From Negaprion brevirostris (taxonomy: Eukaryota), in NCBI GenBank assembly GCA_030324005.1, contig JARDVH010000084.1, positions 53,032,666 through 53,096,665 of the forward strand: a DNA stretch of 64,000 nucleotides, read 5' to 3'. A program made the translations under genes and the position numbers. Below are positions 54,001-63,000 of the stretch, piece after piece (the first letter of the stretch is position 1; each line of letters opens with the position of its first letter). The notes beneath the pieces were generated by a model. The model saw nothing but the letters and a program-made list of their open reading frames with translations. It ran no database searches and was not told the origin of the DNA.

Positions 54001-57000
54001 AGTAGTAAGTTAGAAATTAGAGTTGTTTAAATGATGTTATTAAATAATGTTTGTTCTACTATAAAAGATCTCTAATTTGTCAGAGGAATTACTCCAGGAG
54101 TGAAGCATCCTATTCTCACATTTATGCCAAAAAAGAAAAATTGTTGGGATTTAGATTGGATTCTGGTCCAGGGCCCTAATAGTAATTGGACACCCTATTT
54201 GTTTGAGTGAACAATAATCAAGTTGTCCTCATCTGACCCAGGGGTGCTTGACACTTAAAGTTGTTATTTAAAAAGAAAAAGATGCTGAAATGTAAAATCA
54301 AACCAAAATAAAAGCACTAATCTATCAGCATTTAAAGAGAGGAAAGATCCATTAATAGTCAGGCAGACACAATCAGAGAAGGTTTCTCTCAAGTATTAAA
54401 CTGAATTTTATCTTTCAATAAGTCAGTGTTTCATCTTCAGTGTTTTTTCAGCATTTTCCATTGTTATTTTAAATTCTATACCTATTCTTTTTAGTTATGA
54501 TGGAGAACAAAAAGAGTTACAAATGCCAGCTGACATTTCAATCAAGTGGAATGAGGTTTCCTCTTGCATGAGGTAATTTCTAACTGTGTTATATTCTTTT
54601 ACTAATCATCAACCTGCCTCCTTAACACTTGCGCCTCCCTGTATCCGCATTACGTTAATAAATGATTCATTACTCTCCAACACCAAATCAACTTTTCCTG
54701 GGAATACATTCCTCAATCTTCCCATCCTCCTGCAGTTTTTAAAACTTAACATAAACTTGCTATAATCTAACCACTATCTCACAACTCTCTCTGGCTGCTT
54801 TGATGTCCCATGCACTTTCTGGGCTTTGACCTTCTGTCAGGTTTCTGAATTTAAATAGATGCTGGAAAACTAACCTCAAAACCTTCCCAGCAGAGAGAAG
54901 TCTGATCTGAGAGGAAATGGGCAGAGGTAATCCATTCTTCAGCCAGTTCAGCTGTGGAGGAGGGGAGCCTGTAGCCACACACTCAATGTTAATGGAGTTG
55001 TCCAAGATGGTTGTGAGTTCCTCACTCCCCTTCTGATTACTGTGAATGGTTGGTGGAACTAAAACACAGAATAGATGTTGGAGCATTAGGAAATTTTTGT
55101 GACTTACCATTTCATGTCCTGCAGATGAATTAGAAACGGTAATGGCACAAATAAGACTGTCACAATCTGAAAGATTCTTTTTTAGAACTTTGGAAACTTT
55201 AGTATTTTGTCAAATAAGTATTACAATACTATTCAAAATGTTACAAAACAAACTAAGAACAAATTCAATATTTTATACTGATGTATTCTAAGGATACATT
55301 TATGAACCTCAGGTCAGTAGTTTTAGCTGCGGGAAGGGTAATTATGAGGCCATTAGGAGAGAATTAGGAAGCATAGGTTGGACTAGGAGATTACAGGGAC
55401 TGGGAACNNNNNNNNNNNNNNNNNNNNNNNNNNNNNNNNNNNNNNNNNNNNNNNNNNNNNNNNNNNNNNNNNNNNNNNNNNNNNNNNNNNNNNNNNNNNN
55501 NNNNNNNATTGTTTTTTAACTGGTCGGCGCAACATCGTGGGCCGAAGGGCCTGTTCTGCGCTGTAATGTTCTATGTTCTATGTACCATCAAACTTAAAAT
55601 GGAGAACATAGGAGCATATGCAATAGGAGCAGAATCAGGCCATTCAACCTCTCGAGTGTGTTCCACCATTCAACGAGATCATGGCTAACTTAATATAAAT
55701 TTCCCACACTATTGCCATATCCCTTGATGCCTTGAATATTCCAAGCCACCCACCATTGTGATTTGGAAATATATCAACGTTCCTTTATTGTTGCTGGGTC
55801 AAAATCCTGAGACTCCCTCCCTAACTTCACTTTGGATCTATCTACACCACATGGACTGCAGTAATTCAAGAAGGCAGCTCACCATCACCATCTCAAAGGC
55901 AATCAGGAAAGGTCTGGCCTAGCCAGTGATGCCCCCATCTAAGAATGAATAACTTTTTTAAAAATCTGGAAATGTATCAATCTCAGTCTTGAATACACTC
56001 AATGACTGAATCTCTAGAATTCCCTAGGATACAGAATTCCAAAGATTCACCATGCTGAGTGAAGAAATTCCTCCTCATCAGTCCTAAATGGCCTACCCCT
56101 TATTCTGACACTGTATCCCTTGGTTCTGGTCCCAATAGCTAGGGGCACCTGTGTTCCTGTAAGAATTTTGTGTGCTCAATGAAGTCATCTCTCATTCTTC
56201 TAAACTCGAGAGAATACAGGCCCAATCTCCACAATCTCTCAGCCATCCCAATAATCAACATATGATTCTTTGTTGCAGTCCCTCAATGGCAAGTATGTCC
56301 TTTTTTAGGTAAGAAGACAGGTGTGCTCTCACCAAGGCTCTATATACAATTGCAACAAGATATCTTTACTCCTATACTCAATTCTCTTGCCATGAAGGCC
56401 AACATCCTGAGATTACTGCCTTTGAAGTCTGCTTTTCAATCTCTTCATAGCTAGAGGTGGAGCAAGGTGGCAGAAATGTGGCCAAAGCTAAAACCAATCC
56501 TGGCTATACATACACTTTCTAGCAGATGTTGCTGGATGATAATCAGAATTTTTTGTAGGATCTTGGCTCAAATGTCAATATGGCTCAATTAGGAGTTTTC
56601 TCACCTAATCGGGGCACTCAAACCCCACTTCAATACTTGAGCAGATAAACTAGGCTTGTAATCAATTATGGCACTGGAGTGGTACTTCAAGATGTTGTTT
56701 TGCGGATGGTACTTTAAACAAATCTTGTCTGCATCTTCCAGTGGGTATGATGGATGGTCTCCCTTTGTATTAGTCAAAGAATAGCAGAGATTTTTTTTCT
56801 ATGTCCTGGCAAAGGTACTTTCCTCAATCAAAATTGCCAGCTGTTTGAAAGATCTTATTGTGTACAAAATTGCAGCTGTCTCAGCCTACTCATTGTAAGT
56901 ATTTGTAGGTATTTAGAGATGTTATAAATGGTGATAAAGTACTACCATAAATAGAAATATTTTCTTTGGATTTTCATCCTCTGTAGCACGGGGAAATTGG

Positions 57001-60000
57001 ATGAATGAGGATTTGCAGCATCTTAGCCATTGTTATGATTAAGTTCAGATCACTGAATTCAGACCAGCCATTGAGATTGGGTCTTTTGAATGGCTTGATT
57101 GCCACGGGACAGAATTTTACATGTCCTGGGCAGGTGCATGCCTGACCTGGGAGAGCATAAAAATAGTGTATGATAATACTGGGCAATCATCCTGTTGTCA
57201 TCCTGCACTCGTGTGGTATTTCAGTCAATGGGCACATGCATGCATCAGCAGCTCACCATCTAACAATCATGGAGCCAACTGAAGTGATTATCTGTCCTAC
57301 GATGAGATTATTTGCTTGTACAAATTTTAGGTCATCACATGAGCATAATGGGTAGGGGGGCAATCTGTCTTTCAATTTTTCTCAATCACAGATGGGATGG
57401 AGAAGGGGCATCACCTCAAACGGATGGCCTTTTCAGATTTGGGGTATCCCCCCCACCCCTTCCCTCCAGGACCTGGGAACTCTGGCCTTCTCTCTACCTC
57501 ATCCTACTCCTTGATGTCATAATCAGCCCTCTGTTGACCTCCCAAGGCATCCCCAATCATCCCGTCTCCAGGACTTACGTTGGGAATGGTCCAGGGATTT
57601 AATTCCTGCAGAACACTATTGTATCTCTTCTAGCCACTGCAGTGTTGGGTCTGGAGGGGTTGGAGAGCTATCAGCCAATGTGATTGGCCAACAGCTCTCC
57701 AAGATGGGACTGCCTTCCAAGGGCAGACAGAAGAGCTGTCCACTGTCAATAAATAACCACTCAATTAGCATTAAATGGCAGTGGGCTTCTGAGTCACCTG
57801 GAGCGTGTAATGCACTAATTCTCAAGATAGCAAGTGCTAAAAATTCTACCCTAAATGCATTTACCCACTTGGGTATCTGGAATCTTGAATCTTCTGTAAC
57901 TGATATTTTTGTTCTATAATTACAGCCAGGACCAATAGAGCTGCAGAAATGTTCTGAGTGACAGAGCTATTCAGTTTAACTCACCATATACATTGAGGTT
58001 GAAAATACGATCTTCCTCACCAGCAGAATTGGTGGCTACACAAGTGTATTTACCAACATCTGTAGTCATTGTGCCATTAATGTCGAGGGTGCTACCATCT
58101 GGACTCACTCTGAGAACCACAAAAAAATATATAAAACACAATAAAATACTTTCCTTTAGTGAAGCAAATGAGATACAGCAATAGATACCTGATAGAAGTC
58201 TACAAGATTATGAGGGACATGGACAGAGTGGATAGTCAGAAGCTTTTTCCCAAGGTGGAACAGTCAATTACAAGGGGGCATAGGTTTAAGGAGTGAGGGG
58301 CAAGGTTTAGAGGAGATGTACGAGGCAAGTTTTTTTACACAGAGGGTGGTGGGTGCCTGGAACTCACTGCCGGGGGAGGTAGTGGAAGCAGGTATGGTAG
58401 AGAGTTTTAAGAGGCATTTGGACAAATACATGAATAAGATGGGAGTAGAGCGATATAGTCCTCAGAAGGGTAGGGGGTTTTATTTCAGTCGGGAACATGG
58501 TCGTTGCAGACTTGGAGGGATGAAGGGCCTGTTCTTGTGCTGTAACTTTCTTTCTTCTAGAGTTCTGCAGTTTCCTGATCTCTCCCAGCATAATAGTGGC
58601 AGAAATCCTTGAATAATTGCGTCAGCAGCTGTTTACACCTTTTGCCTTGGGCTTCTTCTAAACTTACGGCAGGATATTAGAAGAAAATATAGCAGCTGAA
58701 ATTATAGCCCACAATGTTTTACAGAAAACTGTCTGGTCAAAATCTGTCAAAAAGCAAAATTAAAATGTACCTCAGGTTCATATATCCACAGTACCATTTT
58801 AGATGTTTACTAAGAGAAATAGCTACATTTATTTTACTATATACAACATGCATTATTGGAAATGTACAAAATATTTTTCTATGTGAGATATGAGAGAAAG
58901 CACCATCATATCTCTATGTAAACCAGCCTGGACTGATGGGGTGAAAGTTCCCCGTGTGAAATGAGTTTGGCTAGTATTATTTATTTCCTAGCTGCCATCA
59001 ATTCACAGCACTGATTAAGTAACAGCTGACACCAAATTGATAAACATAGAGTCAAAGAGGTTTACAGCCTTGGCCCAACTTGTCCATGCCGATCATTTTT
59101 TTAAACCACTAAGCTAGTTGCAGTTGCCCACATATGGCCCATATCCTTCTATACTCATCTTACCCATGTAACTGTCCGAATGCTTTTTAAAAGACAAAAT
59201 TGTATCCGCCTCTATTATCACCTCAGGCTGCTTGTTCCAGACACCATTCTCTGTCTGAAAAAAATGCCCCTTTTGTATCTCTCCCCTCTCACCCTAAACC
59301 TATACCCTCTAGCTTTAGACTCCCCTACCTTTGGGAAAAGATGTTGATTATGTAACTGATCTATATTGAGACATTACAGCCACCTTGTGCAACAGAACTC
59401 CACACCATTACTGTGAGATACCTATGGACAGATTAGAGCCGACTAGCTATTTTGAGTATGGAGCTGGAAGAGACGGGCATAGTTTTAAGCAAATAGTTTG
59501 CATGTGGCTTGACAAAACAGAGGTACACTGGCAACATTGTAGTCAATGAGGAGACAGAAATATTGGATGGCAAATTTAGTGAGAGGAGACATCCGAAAGG
59601 GATTAGCATTTTGAAAGTGAATAAATTGCCAGCCTTGGATTAAACATCTCTCCAGTTTCCAGGAGAAGCAAGGAACGAAATCAGCATAACCTCAATAATG
59701 GGCAAATTATTGCAAAAACATTCTGAAAGACAGTGTAAATTGTCATTTAGAAAATCATGGATTAATCAAGGAAGTCAACATAGGTTTATTAGTGAAGGCC
59801 TTGTTTGAGTAAATCAATCAAATTTTTTCAGGCGGGAACAAAGCGGATCAATGACACTAGCATATTTGCATGTATTTCAGTAAGGTTTTTTGACATTGTC
59901 CTACATATCAACCTGGTTGGAAAAGTAATAATCCATGGAATCCCAGGGAAAGTGGCAAGTTGGATTCAAAATTGGCTCAGTGGCAGGAGCAAAGGGTAAT

Positions 60001-63000
60001 GGATAATGTATGCGGTTGCAATGGAGACAGTTGCCAGTGGGGCTCAGAATTTGGTCCCTTGCTTTTTGTGGCATTTTTCAATGAGTTTGACTTAAATGCA
60101 AGGGGCATGTTTGAGAAGTTTGTGGAAGATACAAAATTGGTTGTGTGTTTGATAGAAAGGCTGAAAGCCGTAGACTGCAGGAAGGTATCAATAATCAGGT
60201 TGATAGAAACATGCCAAATGGAATTCAGTCTGGAAAAAGTGTAAGACATTGCATAAGTGGAGGGGAGAAAAGGCAAAGGAATACACAATAAATGGTGGGA
60301 TTCTGCATTGTGTAGAAGAACAGAGGGACCTTGGAAAGTGCATCCACTGATCCATGAATGTAGCAGGACAAGTAAAAAGGCAGTCAAGAAGGCATACAGG
60401 CCATTTTCCTTTAGTAACTGAGGCACAGAATACAACAATGAGCAGGTTATACTGTGGCACCATGAGTACTGTGTACAATTTTGGTCACTGCATTGTAGGG
60501 AGGATGTGACCCCAGTTGAGAGGGTTCAGAGAACATTTAAGAGGATGTTTCCGGAAATGGATAACCAATCTTTCCTCATAACTAAGATTAAGATAGATTG
60601 TCTCCTTTGAAGATCATTAGGTAATTGAAGTGTACAAGATTTTGGAAGGCACGACAGGGGTGGGGGGGGCCATAAATGGAATGGGTAGGAAGGATTATTT
60701 CTTCAGCAGAGAAGTTAATAATCAGGGCCAAATTGAATGCATTAGGGGGGAGGGGGAACATTTGTTGAGTAGAAATCTATTCATTCAAAGGGCAGTATAT
60801 GCAGAAATGCATTGATAAACTCTAGAAGTGCCTAACCTACAGGGCTACAGACCAAGAGTTGGAAAGTGGGATTAGACTGGATATTCCTTTTTGGCATGGA
60901 GATGATAGACCAGATGGCGACTCCTTGTGTTGTAAATTTTCCATGTTTCCACGGACTACTCTGAGATTGACCTTGAGGCTAATCATTGGCATAGACTTAA
61001 AAGAAACTTTAGCTTTATTGTGCTCCAATGTGCTATGTTGCATTTAGGTTTCATGCTGCTACACCAAAACACAAAACGGAGAACCGTTCCGCTTCAGTTT
61101 TAAATGCTGACACTTCAGAACAGGATGAGGGATAGAAATGAATGAACGGAGAGTAGAGAGCTGCAAAGCAAAGTCTGTGCTTGTGAGGGGGGGAAGTGGT
61201 TTGCAATGGGGATTATGAGATTATGTTACATATGTTCGGACAAAAACTGCATGTGAAAGATTCTGATAACTTTTTCCATATGACTTNNNNNNNNNNNNNN
61301 NNNNNNNNNNNNNNNNNNNNNNNNNNNNNNNNNNNNNNNNNNNNNNNNNNNNNNNNNNNNNNNNNNNNNNNNNNNNNNNNNNNNNNNNNNNNNNNNNNNN
61401 NNNNNNNNNNNNNNNNNNNNNNNNNNNNNNNNNNACCAAGTAAAACACTGACTTCACTGGGCATCTCTGCACCAAAGATATTAGGAGGGACTGTAACAGC
61501 AACCGTCAGGAATAATTATCATCCTTAATAAGCCACCCTATAAAGAACCCGACATTCAGAAACATTCATCTCAATGACTCTTCAAAGCAAAGTCACGAAA
61601 ATAATTTTTCAGCTTGATGACATTTTGTTTAACAATAGGTCATTGATCTGAAAAGTTGACTTTTATTGCTCTATACATCGATGCTGTCATACATACTAAG
61701 AAATCTCACAACACCAGGTTAAAGTCCAACAGGTTTATTTGGTAGCAAAAGCCACTAGGTTTAGGAACGCTTACCGCTCCTTCGTCAGGTGAGTAGGAGT
61801 TCTGTTCACAAACACGGCAGAGACTTACATTCTGCCATATCTCCAAAACTTTCTCTTTTTATCTTATTCTGAGAATCATAAATGTATATAAATGAAACAT
61901 CTGGAGACTGCAAGTTATGAAGATTGGATTTCTTACAGCTTTAGTTTGGAGTGCAGTACCGACTGGCTTTCCCTTATTCTTTCTCGTTACCCATTAAAGA
62001 AAAACAAATGGATTACTGATAATAACAGCCAGATGCATGGAACAACAAATATTTCCTTTAATATTTTGTGGTATACAGCTTTTTTGTTGCATTCTGTGAT
62101 CTCTAAGATTTCTGTGCAGTCGCGCTTGCACCCATGTTACGACTTCCCAATATTCCTAAAGCAACAGCAATAGTGCTGTAATTACAAAGTGCATACATAC
62201 TTTGAATAGTCAGGATGTAGTTTTTCTGTGCCACTCCCTCCACATTTGATGCCACACAGGTATAAGTTCCACTGTCCGTCAGTTGGGAACGAGCAATTTG
62301 CAGTTTGCTTCCTCCAGACAGAATATGCATCTCTAAGGACTCGGCATTTGCTGAAGTAAAAATAATACAATAGCATGTTCTTTTCCAGATTATTTTGTTA
62401 AAGACTGTTATCCATTTCTATTACCTTGGGAGAAAGGATTATTTGAAAATAATATTCAACAATTCATATTTATAGCATATTTAAGGTGTGAATTGTTTGT
62501 TCTTGTAAGATCAATTATAGTTAAAGGAAAAAATAATATCTGTATCTCATCAAACAAAAATAACTCACTCATTTATTTAATTTGCTATTCATTTTCTATT
62601 TGAGTCTAAAATATTTATTTTATTTACTGGAAATGCAGTGCAGAAAATCTAAACATACAACAAAAAAGATTAACAATTAGTACAAAACTGACCAAGAAAA
62701 AGATAAGAGCTAAAAATGATAAGTTAGTTTGAAATGAAGCGTGCTAAGCATGTCATGGAACCATAGAATCCTTCAGTGCAGAAGGAGGCCATTCGGCCCA
62801 TCGAGTCTGCACTGGCCACAATCCCACCCAGGCCTTAACCCCATAATCCCATATGTTTACCCTAGCTTGTCCTCTGACACCAAACAGCAATTTAGCCTGG
62901 CCAATCCTCCTAACCCGCAGGGAGGAAACCAGAGAACCCGGAGGAAACCCATGCAGACACAGGAAGAATGTGCAAGCTCCACATAGACAGGAATCAAACC

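Noticed and set aside
7351-58184. Plus-strand ORFs overlapping HMCN1 exons (e.g. 7351, 8484, 9815, 23653, 29470, 35882, 44123, 57993)
   Set aside because: Antisense shadows of real exons.
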